Origin: Camelus dromedarius
Lineage: Eukaryota
Reading direction: 5' to 3'
NCBI RefSeq assembly: GCF_036321535.1
Contig: NC_087437.1
Coordinates: 119,662,001-119,726,000, forward strand
DNA length: 64,000 nucleotides
Below, one piece after another: positions 34,860-48,062 of the stretch (position 1 is its first letter; every line of letters starts with the position of its first letter). The notes under the pieces are model-generated. The model did no database searches and was not told the DNA's origin. It saw nothing but the letters and a program-made list of their open reading frames with translations. Made by a program: the position numbers and the translations under genes.

Positions 34860-37800
34860 AAAACAAAAACAAAAACAAACAAACAAAGCATAAATACTAA
34901 ACAGAAACAGACTCATAGACATAGAATACAAACTTGTGGTTGCCAAGGGGGCAGAGGGGGGGGAAGGGATAGATGGGATTTCAAAATTGTAGAATAGATA
35001 AACAAGATTATACTGTATAGCACAGGGAAATGTACACAAGATCTTATGGTAGCTCACAGAGAAAAAAAATGTGACAATGAATATATATATGTTCATGTAT
35101 AACTGAAAAATTGTGCTCTACACTGGAATTTGACACAACATTATAAAATGATTATAAATCAATAAAAATGTTGAAAAAAAAACCAAGTAGTTGGAACATT
35201 AGAAGATTACAGTTAATCAAAGAAAAACCAGACACTCTCAAGTTAATGAATTTAGCACTTGTCTATGTGTGGGAAGATGCAAGAGTCAGGGCTCTTTGAG
35301 ACCACTCCTTTGATCTGCACCTTAGCTCTCTAGGGCCAGTATCTTGTTTTTCTCCATCCTGAATCCCCTCCCCTCTGGGTGCACAGTTGGGGGTGGCCGC
35401 AGTGGCTGATGGCCTGATGGCTGCAGCATCCTTTGTTTACTGGTATGGCAGGGACATTCTTCATCCACAAGACAAATCTGATAAAAGAACGTGCAAGACC
35501 TGTATCCTGCAGCTGTAACACACAGCTCAGGGAAATTTAAAAACACCTAACTAAATGGATAAATATGCCATATTCGTGGGTTGTTAGACTCTGTATTGGC
35601 AAAAATGTCAACTCTCCCCAGACTGTTCTGTAGAGCCGATGCAGTCCCAGTCAGGTGGCAAGCAGGGCTCTTATATGTGGGTGTAGAAATTGACAGGCTG
35701 ATCCTAAGAGCCCTGAAAACGTGAAGGACCCAGAACCTCCAAAGCAACTTTGATAAAGAAAAACAGAGTCGAAGGACTTACGCTGCCTGACTTCAAGATA
35801 GATTATAAAGCTGTGCTAATTCCAATAGCTTGTTGGCACCCGATCAGACAAATAGAGTAACAGAACAAAACAGCTCGTCCAAAAATTACTCACACATACA
35901 AGGAAAGCTGACCTTTCACAAAAATATAAGGCAATCCATTGGAGAAAATGTAGTCTTTTCAACAAATGGTGCTGAAAAAATTGAATATCCATATGGGAAA
36001 AGATAAACTTCAATCCGTAGTTTATTAAAAATTGCCAAAAACTGGAAACAGCCCAAATGTCCATCAACGTGGGAACAGATAAGCAAAAAGTTGTCTATGC
36101 AGACAATGAAATACTGCTTGCCCAGCAGCAGAAAGAACACTGATAAACACAATGATATGAATGAAAAGATTACGCTGAATAAAGAAGCCAAGTCAGTGTA
36201 ACACTGCGTGATTTCACTTACATAAAACTTTGGAAAAGATAAACCTCGTCTATGGACAGAAAGCAGAACAGTGTCTGTGCGGGGCTCCAGGAACAGGCGT
36301 GAGACCTTTCCAGGGTCACGGAAGTGTTCTGTATCCCCACTGCGGGGGGAGTCACGTGGTTGTACATATTTCTCAAAGCTCATCGAGCTGTTCACTTAAA
36401 ATGGGTGTATTTTATTTTCTGTAAGGAGGAAGGTTAATATAAAATATTTTTAGTTTACAAAAATGAAAGTGGGATACACTTTAGGGGAAGAGCTTGTAGT
36501 CAGAGCACCTCAGGGCTAACCCTGGGCCAAGCAGACCGCGGGTCTCGTCACAGCCCAGGACCTCCCTCTCGGCAAGGCGCAGAGAGATTGCTGTTCCCTG
36601 AACCCACAGCCCACAGCCAGCCAGCCTTGATGCCGCTGGCGCGATGGGTCTCTATGTTGGCTATAGTACTGGAATGATTTTCTCTATTTCTGAGTTGTCT
36701 GTTTGGAGCAGCAGTTGGGAGTGACACTATTTCCACATGCCCACAATGCACGAACCAGATTTTGAAATGGCACCAGGAGTCTGGTTATAATTACTCCGTC
36801 TCCAGGCTCCTTATTCCATCTTCAGCCCGCCCTCAGCAGCCCCTTGGCCCCTACCCACCCCTTCCTCTTCAGCCCCACCTCCACGCAGCTCCCTGCACTC
36901 TGTGCTTCTGCTTATTCTGCAGACTCCCCTGGGCCCCACAGTCCACGGAGGCAACACCCCTTCCCCTCCCCTTCCTCTCCCCCATCCCCTCCCTTCTCTC
37001 CCCCTCTTTACCCTCCCTTCCTTTCTCCTCCACTCCTCCCCCTGCCCTCCCCCAAGGAAACCAACTAATCTCTGCTATAAATGCTGCCAACATCTGCTGC
37101 TAGGGAAGCCACCTCATGACCTGATGCCTGTTCTGCATAGGACCCACCCACCGCCTCTCACCACTCGAGCCCCAGAAGAGAGCCGACACCAGCAGAGCCC
37201 AGGCAATGAGGCGCAAGTCCTTCCCGGGAGGAGGCAACACCCCCAGGTAGAGAAGTGCAGAGCCTGGGGCAATGTGGAAGTGGATTCCAGGACTACTAGA
37301 CCAGACGGGTGGGGGAAAAGTCTAGACGAGGCTGAAATTTTTGACATAGGTGCCCTCACGTGGGATTTACATTTGGCTTAAGCCCTGAGAGGGTGGTTAA
37401 TGACTAATTGAAGCTGGAATGAGGATGGTTTAGAATTAATCAGGTAAAACTGCTTGAAATCCCTGGTCTGCTGTACAGGACCGAGATCAAAGGCTCAGGG
37501 AAACGGAACTGTAGAAAAAGATGTACTGTTTGCAACTGACTCGGCCACCCCCGAATCACAGCCCCCTCCCGGGAGCGGGCTAGAGGACACTGCATTGGTG
37601 AGTCCTCAAGGAGCTCTGGGGGGCTGTCCTCCCCAGGCTGGGGGTGAGGTTGGGGGCATGGACCTGGCCCTAAATTCCCCATCTCAGTGAGAAGAATGGG
37701 ATCCCAGAGAGGGAGCAGCTCCCAGCCATGACGGCTGAGGCACGGAGACAGCAAGGCAGCCGTGTTGCTGGCTCCTTGCTTGTGGGGTCCCTGGACCGGG

Positions 37801-38227
37801 AGGAGATGCCCTACTAAGTGCTGGCTGGCAGTTTAAGGCAGGGAAATGCCAGGTCTGCAGCCAAGGAACCTGGCTGTCAGCTGCCGCCCCATTCCCAGAC
37901 CTAAGCCAGTTCCCCACACCTCCCAAGATGTCCTTTTTAACGTGCGCCCTTGAACCACCCTGTTTTGAGAGAGCCATTTGTTTCCTGCTGGGATTGATCT
38001 GAGGGGACAGTGCACTCACGAGCTTTTCATCTCAGTGGGGGTGACATGCAATTATACAAAAATTCATCAGGGAGGTGTCCTTTCCAGGAGGTAAGTTGTA
38101 CAGAGAAGTCACACAAAGTCGTCTGGTTACCATAGAAACAAAAGTTCAAAGAAAATAGTGAAAAATAGGGCATGATTTAGACTCTGTTTTGATAAACTAA
38201 AAATTATGAACAGAGGTTAGTTTTACC

Positions 38228-39221
38228 TGTTATTTACCAAAAGGCGAATCATGCAGAATTGCAGCTCTGCTCAAATTCTTGGAATAAAGAACTTCTGTCT
38301 GGCTTGTCTGCAAACCAGAGACTCCTGGGACCTCCTCCCTCCTGAGAGCTAGTTGTCCCCTAAAAGGTAAGGCAACTGGGGGCGCCTTTTGTTCTAGTAT
38401 TTGGCCTTTGATCCTGGTTTCTGACACTGAGCTCCTAAGTCCCTTGGCATTTCCTGGGTGGCGGGAGGGTCTTTTAATGAGGTGACTCTGGTGGAGGAGG
38501 GGGAGGTTCCTGGATGGGGGCTGGTCAACAGAAAGACCAAACCGTGATCAGAAGCTTGGAATTTTTCAGCTCCCACCCCCCGCCATTTTCCAGAGACGGG
38601 AGAAGGGCTGGAAATGGAGTTAATAATTGGTCGTGCCTACGTGAGGAAACTGCCACAAAGTCCCAACAGTATGAGGTTTGGAGAGCTTCCAGGGTGGTGG
38701 ATGCATCCAAGTGCCTGGAGGGTGACGCACCCCAGGTCCATGGGCACTGAAGACCCTGCACTCAGGACCCTCCCAGACCTCACCCTCTGCATCTCTTCAT
38801 CTGAGTGTTTCTCCGTTTCCCTTATAACATCTTTCATAAACTGTGAACTGTGAGTGCTTCCCTTAGTTCTGTGAGCTGTTCTTGCAAAAAAATTGCATCC
38901 AAAAGGGAGGAGTTCCCGGCAACCTCTGATTTGCAGACAAGTCCGACAGAAGTTGTAGGTCACCTGGGGACCTGCTGCATGTCATTGGCATTGAAGTAGG
39001 GGGCAGTCTCGTGGGACTGAGGCTTCAGCCAGTGGGATCTGACGCTATCTCCAGATGGCTAGTGTCAGAATTGGGTTAAATTGTAGGACACCCAGCTGGT
39101 GTCACAGAGGTGCTTGATGTGGGGGAAAATCCCCATCCATCTGTATCAGGAGTGTTGCGAGTGCGGCAGTCATGGGGGAGCACAGGAGAGACACAGGAGG
39201 TAGGCGCAGTGTTTCCTAACA
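38228..39221. mobile_element. MER21-like LTR relic
   Basis: GTTTCTGACACTGAGCTCCTAA.TCCCTTGG.ATTTCCTGGGTG and GTCAGAATTG..TTAAATTGTAGGACACCCAGCTGGTGTC motifs. Confidence 0.7.
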
Positions 39222-39356
39222 CGGGTGGCTAGGGGCACGCATGGATGTGCTGGGGGCGCTGGGGAACCAAGGTTCCAGGCAGAGGGTTCAGCATGTGCAA
39301 AGGGGAGAAGAGGGGTGCTTAGGCTCCAGTCTGCAAGGTACCCTAGGGGCATTTGT

Positions 39357-40669
39357 TAATAAGCAGTAACAGTTTGAGAGGAATCTTTTTCTGAGCAGCA
39401 GATCTCAACAGTGGGCTTAAAATTTTCAGTCAACTATGTTACCAACAGATACACCGTCATCCAGGCTTTGTTCCATTTCTAGGGCACAGGCAGAGTAGAT
39501 TTAGCATCTTTCTTAAGGGCCCTAGGATGTTCGAAACAGTAAATGAGCATTGGCTTTAAGTCACCAGCTGCACTGGCCCCTAATGAAAGAGTCAGCCTGT
39601 CCTTTGAAGCTTTGAAGCCAGGCACTGACTTCTCCTCTCCAGCTATGAAACCTCAAGATGGCGTCTTCTTCCAGTGCAAGGCTGTTTCATCTGCTCTGAG
39701 AATGTGTTGTTCAGTGCAGCCGCCTCCGTGAATGGCCTGAGCTGGAGCTTCTGGATAATTTGCTGCAACTTCCACAGCAGCACCTGCTGCCTCACCTTGT
39801 GCTTCGATGTCACGGAGATGGTTTCTTTCCTTCGGCCTCAGGAACCAACCCCTGCACGCTTCAGATATCTCTTCTGCAGCTTCCTCACCTCTCTCAGCCT
39901 TCTTCGAATCGAGGAGAGTTGGGCCTTGCTCTGGACGAGGCTTTGACTTAAGGAAGTGCTGCTGCTGGTTGACCTTCTGTCCAGACTCTGACGCTTCCTC
40001 TCGCCAACAATCAGCTTGCTTTGCCTTCTCATCCTCCGTGTGGCCACTAGAGCAGTGCTTTCATTTCCTGCGGGAACTTCTCCTTCTCATTCACGGCTTG
40101 GCTAGCTGCTGGACGCAAGAGGCCTAGATTTGGCCTGAGAAATTTCAGCTTTCTACAAGCCTTCCTCACTGACTTTAGTCATTTCTAGTTTTTGATTCAA
40201 AGTGAGAGGCGAGTGACTCTTTTGTCACTTGAACACTTAGGGGCCATTGTAGGGTTATTAAGTGACCTAATTTCAACATTGTTGTGTCTCAGGCAATGGG
40301 GAGGCCGGAGGAGAGGGAGAGAGATGGGGGAACGGTTGGTGGGTGGAGCAGTCAGAACACATGACACTGATCTATTAAATTTTCATCTTACATGGGTGCA
40401 GTTCATGGTGGCCCCAAAACAATGGCAACAGTCACATCAAAGATCACAGATCACAGATCACCGCCACAAATAGAAAAGTCACGAAAAAGTTGGAAATACT
40501 GTGAGTATTACCAAAATGTGACGCAGAGACGAAGTGAGCAAACGCCGTTGGATAAAACGGAGCCGACAGCCTTGCTCGATGCAGGGTTGCCCCAAACCTT
40601 CCATTTATGAAAAATGCAGTTGTCTGCAAAGTACGATGAAGCCAAGCACAATGAACAAAGGTGCACCTG
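39357..40669 (-). mobile_element. Tigger1 DNA transposon relic (5' ~1.3 kb incl. terminal inverted repeat)
   Basis: Reverse complement of 40430-40669 matches the recalled Tigger1 5' end (..GAAGGTTTG.GGCAACCCTGC.TCGAGCAAG..); degenerate transposase sequence internally. Confidence 0.85.
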
Positions 40670-41170
40670 CAAAGGACCTGACTGTGACCTAGGCGTTAGC
40701 CCCCAGCCCCCAGAGACCTGAACAGTGTACACACAGGCCAGTGACAGACCTGTGGGCAGCCCAGCCCTCAGCCATTGCAGGGACCCCTGGCTGGCAGCCC
40801 CACGTCCACCCTGGGACGCTGAAGGCACAGGATGGACGGAGATGCCTCCTCCAGCAGCTGCTGGTGGTTTCTGACCTGGGCCTGAAACGTATTTCTCACA
40901 CTGTGTTTGGTGAGAGTCGCGCACAGGAATCCTTATCTTCTAGGTGTTTTCCAAGCTCTCTGGAAGGAGACTCGAGCGAGGAACTTCAGAATGTAGTCAC
41001 TCAACTAACGCAGCCGGAATCCATTTCCATCGGCCATCCTCTGCAGAGCTTCAGTCGTGTGACATTTTTCTTTAACCCAGAAAACTCCACCAAAAAACAT
41101 GGCAAAATAACCTGGCAGCCCTTACGGAATTTGAACAGAGGCTATTCACAAACAAAAGATAATGAAGACA

Positions 41171-41176
41171 TTTATT
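41171..41176 (-). terminator. RSPH1 polyadenylation signal AATAAA
   Basis: tttatt on + strand, ~125 nt past the stop codon. Confidence 0.7.
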
Positions 41177-41299
41177 TGCAGTCGTAAAACATTTTAACAA
41201 ACAACTAAGTAAGAAAGGCTAGTAACAGATTCATACCAGCTGCCCTGGCAACAGACACGCCTTCCTCACACACTCTCCTCGCGTTTTGGCTTCTTCATC

Positions 41300-41352
41300 T
41301 CAGTCTAGTAGATCTGAGGGCCTGTTTTCTTCTTCTTCAAAACTAATATTTC
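41300..41352 (-). CDS. RSPH1: RSPH1 exon 9 coding part (G/NISFEEEENRPSDLLD*)
   Basis: ttttttttcccag|GA acceptor; TGA at 41300-41302. Confidence 0.92.
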
Positions 41353-41754
41353 CTGGGAAAAAAAAGGAAGCATGAGTGTATTAACTTTTTCTATTTAAAA
41401 ATTCTTGATTTGCTAACAGAACTTTTGCAATAAATAATATAAATATGAAACATTTATCTGGCAAAAAAATGGAATGTTAAATTTTATCTCATAAAGACTT
41501 TTATAATTTTTCTCTTGATACTCAGTAGCAAACTAAGCAAAAGAGATATTCAGGGTAAATGCTAAGACAAGAACATCCGTGTAAGTGACAGTAAAATCAA
41601 CCAGTATCTTTCGCCTGCACACGCTCCGAATACAGCTTGCATTGTGAGTGAAAGATGCCATTTTGGGGGGCCCCTCAGTTAATAAAAAGAAAAGCAGGAA
41701 TTTGCTACAGTTTCATAAGATGCCTTTTTAAATCTGTCATGACACTTAGGATTG

Positions 41755-41985
41755 TTTAAATTATTTAAATTTAAATTTTTTAAAAATTTATTTTAAATTA
41801 TTTGAATAATAAATATTATTTATTTAAAATAATTTAATTATATAATAAATAAACATTGTTTATTTAAAATTAAATTATTTATTATTTATTTAAATTATAT
41901 GTATTTAAATAAGAAATCAGATTATTTAAAGAACTCATTCTTATTTATTTTAATAAGAAATTTAAAATTAGAATTATTTTTCATT
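41755..41985. repeat. Extremely AT-rich low-complexity tract with inverted-repeat core
   Basis: Almost only A/T; TAAATAAACA-T-TGTTTATTTA at 41846-41866. Confidence 0.9.
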
Positions 41986-43153
41986 GTTATGTAAACTCTA
42001 TAATTCTCACTGCTGGCTGTGTTGAAGAAGGAATTAGTAGGGTGAACCTTCAATGGGAACCACAATAAACAGGTCTTGAGTTTTTACTATTTTGGTAAAA
42101 TGTTTTACTCACTGAGCCTGCTTTTTACTTAAGAACCTCCACGTACGGAGCCTCTCCGTGTGCAGTTTAAATGCTTAGACATCTGCCCACACAGAATCAG
42201 ACGGGCACTGTGCCCTCGAGGGGTCTTTACCGTGGGCGTTATGCAGACAAGCGACGCGACGCGGGGTAGGACAAGAGGTCACCAACCCGTAAGGCCTGGG
42301 TTCCGCCCCGCCCGCCGCCCCGCCCACTGCCGCCCCGCCTACCGCAACCCGCTGCATCTCTCCGTACTTAGCATCCTTATTGCTCATGAAAGTCTAAGTC
42401 ATGTCAATAGAAAACAGGTTTATGTGACTTCATTATTTAAGACCTTATTTTCAAAAGAATGGGAAATGTATTTGCTCTTAAATTACAACAGAGACAGACT
42501 AAACTGCTGGGACCCCAGGCCCGGCGACGCAGCGCGGAGCCACGCGAGAGCAGGTGCGCGCGTAAGCCCGGCTGCTCCCGGACCACCCTTTCCTCAGCCT
42601 CCAAGGTCTCCTCTTTACACCGGGCTCGGAGAAGAGAAACCTCTTTGAGTTGCCTCGTGGTCCCCACATCACTTGGGGAAGGAGCTTTAAGGACTGCAGG
42701 AAGCTGAAGCCCCAGTCGGACAGAGTGGCCAGCCCCCTGCTCCAGGACCTGCAGAGGCGGAAGCTCCTAGATCGATCGTATATTCAAATCCACTTACAGA
42801 GGGCTGGTTCCAACACTGCTGGGCCCTCACTGTACCCCTGGGACTCAGCCAAAGTGAAAACCATGTCATAAAATATAGCCAAGGCATCAGTCTGCTGGAC
42901 CCTGCAGCCTGAGGTCAGCTCTGGGGTGAAGTGGAGATTAGCAACCACAGGCTTCGCACCGCTGTCCCCGTGCGCTGGGGAGGTGTGCAGGGCCCCTAGG
43001 AGGGCGCAACGTGCCCAGACTGGGTCCTCTGAGCTCTCCTGAGCCTCAGGCCTGGCCCCAGAACGGCCTCGGTCAAAGGCGGAGAGCCCTGCGGCCCACC
43101 CCAGGGTGCGGGCGGCCTCCTCCCCTCCTTGCCTCAGGCCCCAAAGTGTTCAC

Positions 43154-43294
43154 CCTGGTCCAGGCTGTCATAGTGGAACTCCTCTCTCTCCTCCCTGGCG
43201 ATGTCTCCCTCCTCCTCTCCGGGCCGCAGTGAGTCCATCTCCCCCTCTGAGAGGTCCGTCAGAGGCTGGGCCTCCTCTGCCGGCTCGTCCCTGC
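43154..43294 (-). CDS. RSPH1: RSPH1 exon 8 (G/RDEPAEEAQPLTDLSEGEMDSLRPGEEEGDIAREEREEFHYDSLDQ/G), acidic tail
   Basis: Pyrimidine tract ctctgttccatccag|GC, CAGG|gtgaac donor; phase 1-1; EGEMD and EEF.YD motifs. Confidence 0.88.
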
Positions 43295-43901
43295 CTGGAT
43301 GGAACAGAGGGAGACAGTATCAGCGGGGGGGCCTCACAGAGCCCACCCCTTCTCCTGCTGACAGCAGCCCCCTTCTCCCCCAGGGGACCGCCCTCCCCAC
43401 TTGGAGTCGCAGCTCCACACAGACTGGCATCTCAGCCCCCATCCCCATCCCAGTGATGGGTTCAGGGGTGGGCATCGTTGGTCTGACAACTCTAACTCCC
43501 AAGGGCTTCTTGCTTTTGTTTTATGTTAAGTGTACAGCATATACCCCAAGGGTTTAATGACCATATTGAGGAAGAGAAGCGCTCTGCTCCCCAGGGTTCT
43601 TGATCTGATTGGGTGACAATCTGATAAAGTCAATAAGCTTTGGTCTCCCAAGGAAGGGGATGCTGTCAAGCAGAGCCAGAGCACAGGAAAGCAGAGACCA
43701 GAGAGTGGAGGCCTGATCCAGCTGTGCCTGAGGCTGTCTCACCCCAACCACACCAGTTGTATGACCCAATGAATTACTGTTAGTGTTAGTTCACAGAGGC
43801 CAATTGGAGGTGGTCTTCAATCACTTGCCACCCAGCATCACCTGTGACACAGAGCCCGCTTCCCTGAGAGCCCTGCTCCCCCAGACCCAGGGCATCCATA
43901 C

Positions 43902-44058
43902 CCTCGGCTCCTGGGGCCTCCTCCTGGCCAGCTCTGTCTGCCGGGCGCTCCTTCTCAGGGAGGGTGGGGGTCCACAAGGCCAACTCTGTGATTCTGGTGG
44001 CCTTCCATTTGGGGATGACGGTCACTAACGTCTCCTCCTCTTCTTCCTCTTCTCTTTC
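43902..44058 (-). CDS. RSPH1: RSPH1 exon 7 ([53 protein letters not shown])
   Basis: aaatag|GAA acceptor, GAGG|gtatgg donor; conserved [18 protein letters not shown]. Confidence 0.93.
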
Positions 44059-44847
44059 CTATTTTCAGTTTAAAAATGTAAATTGACCTACACTGTGGGA
44101 TATTTAAAGTGACGGGAGAAGAGACAGACTTGGAATTGCATTTGAGCATTTTTAGAACACGATTCAGTGACCAGAGTGATTGCCTACTACCCAGAGTACC
44201 ATGTAAGGGCTGAAAACATCTTGAAGGAACGTGGACAAGGAATGAAGATCAGGGCCACTCAGCACCTGCGCTCTTTCCATGGATGGCACGAGAGGCTTTC
44301 AGACACGACACGTCCCAGGTAAGAAACGACCGGGGCTCGATGCCGTCTGCCATCTCACAGCCCCGTGTCCCACATCTCCCAGCTCTCAGATTCTTTACAC
44401 ATAATAAAATGAACATCACTGTAAGAAAAGGCCTAAAAACACCCAAAGACATTTGGCCATGATGTGGAGGGGGCACAAGTTCCAGCCTCCAGGGTTACGG
44501 AGAGGAAAATAAAATTCAGTGAAAGCAGACAAAGCTCATCATTTCTAAGCGTGGAATGTTTCACAGCAATGTAAGTCACGACGACGGTTAACAGCCAGCA
44601 CACGTCAGTCGTGCCAAGCGCATTGGTCCACTTCTCGATTCTGTAACTATCACAGAAGTCCCAAGATCTGAACATCAACACTATGAATGTGGAAAATGTC
44701 ACTGTCCCATAGGTGATAACACCGGTGACAGAGAGTGGCAGATCCCTGCCCATTACTTTCATTGAGTCACTCAGAAATAAATTACTCTACTTGGTTTTAA
44801 AATTCTGAGTTTCCTCCCCCATGAAGGGTGACACCAATGCCCGAGAG

Positions 44848-45015
44848 AGTGATGCTCAAACTTGGATCACACCGGAATTCCCTGGATGAGTTGTTAAAGC
44901 ACAGATCACTGGCCCTACCCCTGGAGTTTCTGATTCAGTAAGTCTGGGGGGCCCAATACTCTCCATTTCTAAGAGATTCCTGGATGGCCCAGGGACTACA
45001 CTTTGAGAATCGTTC
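44848..45015. mobile_element. MER5A-like hAT-Charlie MITE
   Basis: CTCAAACTT..GAGTTTCTGATTCAGTAAGTCTGGGG..CACTTTGAGAA. Confidence 0.75.
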
Positions 45016-45451
45016 CCTCAGGGTATCTGCTGTCTCCTGTCTCCTGGGTACTCACGTGCCCACCAATTCTCCCTCAGGATCAGGGGCTCATTCCTCCAGC
45101 TGCTGGGAGGGTTGGCAGCTGACTGCTTATAATGGGGTCCTTCCCAGGAACTGCCCTTCCCCAAAGGAAGCCACGCAGACCAGGTTTCATGCCTCTGTCC
45201 ATGGGCAGCCTATACCCCATGACTGGTCTACAGGGCGGTCAAAGGTCCTTGCCTCCATTGAGGACACTCTGAGGGTCGTCCAGTTTCAAGGCTCCCTTGG
45301 GGTCCCAACACAACTCAGCTTCCCCTTTTGCCCATCCTGTTTCCTACACCCCCTCACAGCAACCGACCCCGACCCACATCTCCAGGATCAGTGTCACCGA
45401 GCAGCTCTGCCACCTGTGAACGCGGGAAACGAGATGCACTCTGCAACTTAC

Positions 45452-45523
45452 CACACCTGTTAAGTGATATTCCCCGTGCTGTTCGCATCCAATGTCAAAC
45501 ACATACTTTCCAGGGCCAACAGG
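45452..45523 (-). CDS. RSPH1: RSPH1 exon 6 (PVGPGKYVFDIGCEQHGEYHLTGV)
   Basis: ctcgtag|CCT acceptor, GTG|gtaagt donor; 72 nt, phase 0-0. Confidence 0.95.
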
Positions 45524-45986
45524 CTACGAGCAAAGAGAAACCAAGAGGTGCTTCACCCGTGAGTGGCAACACCCAGTAGAAAGTACAAAGAGCTTTATAA
45601 ATGTTACCTTCATAAAACCTGCCCAAAGGCTTGGAATTGAGGGAAAGCCAACATGGATTAAAGATGCTTTTTTGAACTGATGGTTAACAGAATTGCAAAG
45701 TATAGGTCCTCTTTGGTTTGGTTAAAAATTTTTTTTCTCTTTATAAAAGTAATGTATTTATGACAAAAATTTGACTTAGTCAACACCCATAGTCAAATTA
45801 GCCAGAAATAAAACTACCCATAATACTTCGATGTAGTCTCTGTAACCTTGTTCTTAATAGAGATTTTAAAAATAAAAATCCCATCGTAATTACACACACT
45901 GACTCGCGCTCTAATTTCACTCAGCAAGAGGGCACGCACCGCCCCCCGGGGGGAGGTCTGCCTGGCTCTGTCATACTTTCTGCTCA

Positions 45987-46382
<396 letters not shown>

Positions 46383-46649
46383 TCAGCGCCGGCCCTCCCA
46401 CGGGGTGGCTGGCGGGCTCGGGGAAGAGGCCGTGCCCCTGGGAGCCACGGCTCAGCCCCCAGAAGTTCTCCTGTGCATCCCTCGGCCTGGGGCTCTTGGG
46501 TGTGTTCCCAGGAATCTGCATCCACCCGGCACCGCACTGGCCCCACACCAGCCCTAAAGCCATGAACTGCGGGGCAGAGCTGGACAACGGGCTCTGGGCG
46601 TGACGCCGTCTCTAAGTCAGACACCGTCTCGGGCTCATCCCGTGAGTCA

Positions 46650-47066
<417 letters not shown>

Positions 47067-47751
47067 TCAGCGATCCAGCAACAACCTGAAGCCTCAGCGG
47101 TCCACTCTCAGCCACTTGCCAGTGCTTGACTCCCTTTCGCACCTCGCACCTGCTCCAGCGCCTGCGGCTGCCCCACCTGCACCACGCGGAGGGATGCTGT
47201 GCCTCAGCCGACCCAGCCTCTGCTTGGACGCCCCCTCACCCGAGTCCCTGCCGTTCACCCCCACGCAAGTTCCTGCTAATTATGGGCTGACTTGATAGGA
47301 AATACTGGAACTGGCAAAGACACCGTGAAATCCATAGCACACTCTCTACAGTGAGGGCAACAGCAAACCAGTCAGTGAACATCGTAAACTGAAAGGTATT
47401 GAAGATGAGTTCCTGCCCTGGAAAACTCAAGATGTCCTCAAGGCTTACGCCACGCACATGAAAGGAGCTCGACAGAGGCTCCCAACGTCAGCAGCTATCC
47501 TGAAGATGAAGATGGCGTTGCCAGCAACAAGTCACTAGGCTGAATGACACTTTTCTAGACTATGGATAATAAAAAGATGAATTTTGATCAATGTGCAGAT
47601 CGAAGAAAAAAGAATTTTCCTTCTATTTTCTTTACAGAAAATATTTAAAAATTGTTGTCATATAGAGAGATGTTCCCTTTTTAGCTAACAAAGGAGGAAA
47701 AGTGGCATGCTAGAGGCGTGTCAGGACATTAGCTTATAGAAATTCGTGTTA

Positions 47752-48062
47752 CTAGAATACAAACTCATGGTTACCAGGGTGGCAGGGAAGGGGGTGGGAA
47801 GGGATAAAGTGAGAGTTCGAGATTTGCAGATACTAACTACTGTCTATAAAATAGATAAACAACAAGTTTCTACTGTACAGTACAGGCAACTATATTCAAT
47901 ATCTTGCAGTAATTTATAATGAAAAAGAGTATGAAAAGGAATATGTGTCTGTATACATATGACTGAAACATGAAGTTGTACACCAGAAATGGACACAACA
48001 TTGTAAACTGACTTTATGCCAATTTAAAAATAAATAAATAATAAAAAAATAACAGAAAAAAA
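47752..48062 (+). mobile_element. L1 3'-end fragment in RSPH1 intron 3
   Basis: Similar to 34922-35170; A-rich tail. Confidence 0.85.

Larger units (their letters stand above)
29530..35177 (+). mobile_element. Near full-length lineage-specific LINE-1 (~5.65 kb), inactivated, 18-bp TSD
   Basis: TSD AAAAACCAGGTAGTTGGA (29512-29529) and AAAAACCAAGTAGTTGGA (35178-35195); 5' CAAGATGG YY1-like motif; ORF1, ORF2, AATAAA at 35161. Confidence 0.97.
29351..35469 (-). mobile_element. ERV1-type solo LTR split by the young L1 (pieces ~29351-29529 and ~35178-35469)
   Basis: Joined halves align collinearly with the intact LTR at 21692-22176. Confidence 0.85.
22900..36430 (+). mobile_element. Ancient degenerate L1 (L1M-type): 5' region, ORF1 relic ~24730-25430, ORF2 relic ~25900-29350 and 35470-36020, 3' end to ~36430; interrupted by younger elements
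   Basis: Remnant peptides (e.g. STGPDDVSAESCQTMKEEMMPILNKLFQKIEEKG..FYDASI) and collinear L1 motifs broken by many stops and indels. Confidence 0.8.

Noticed and set aside
21692..35469. Two same-family, same-orientation LTRs as the ends of one provirus
   Set aside because: The first has its own near-TSD inside a MIR, the copies are clearly diverged, and the interval is L1 sequence with no gag/pol/env
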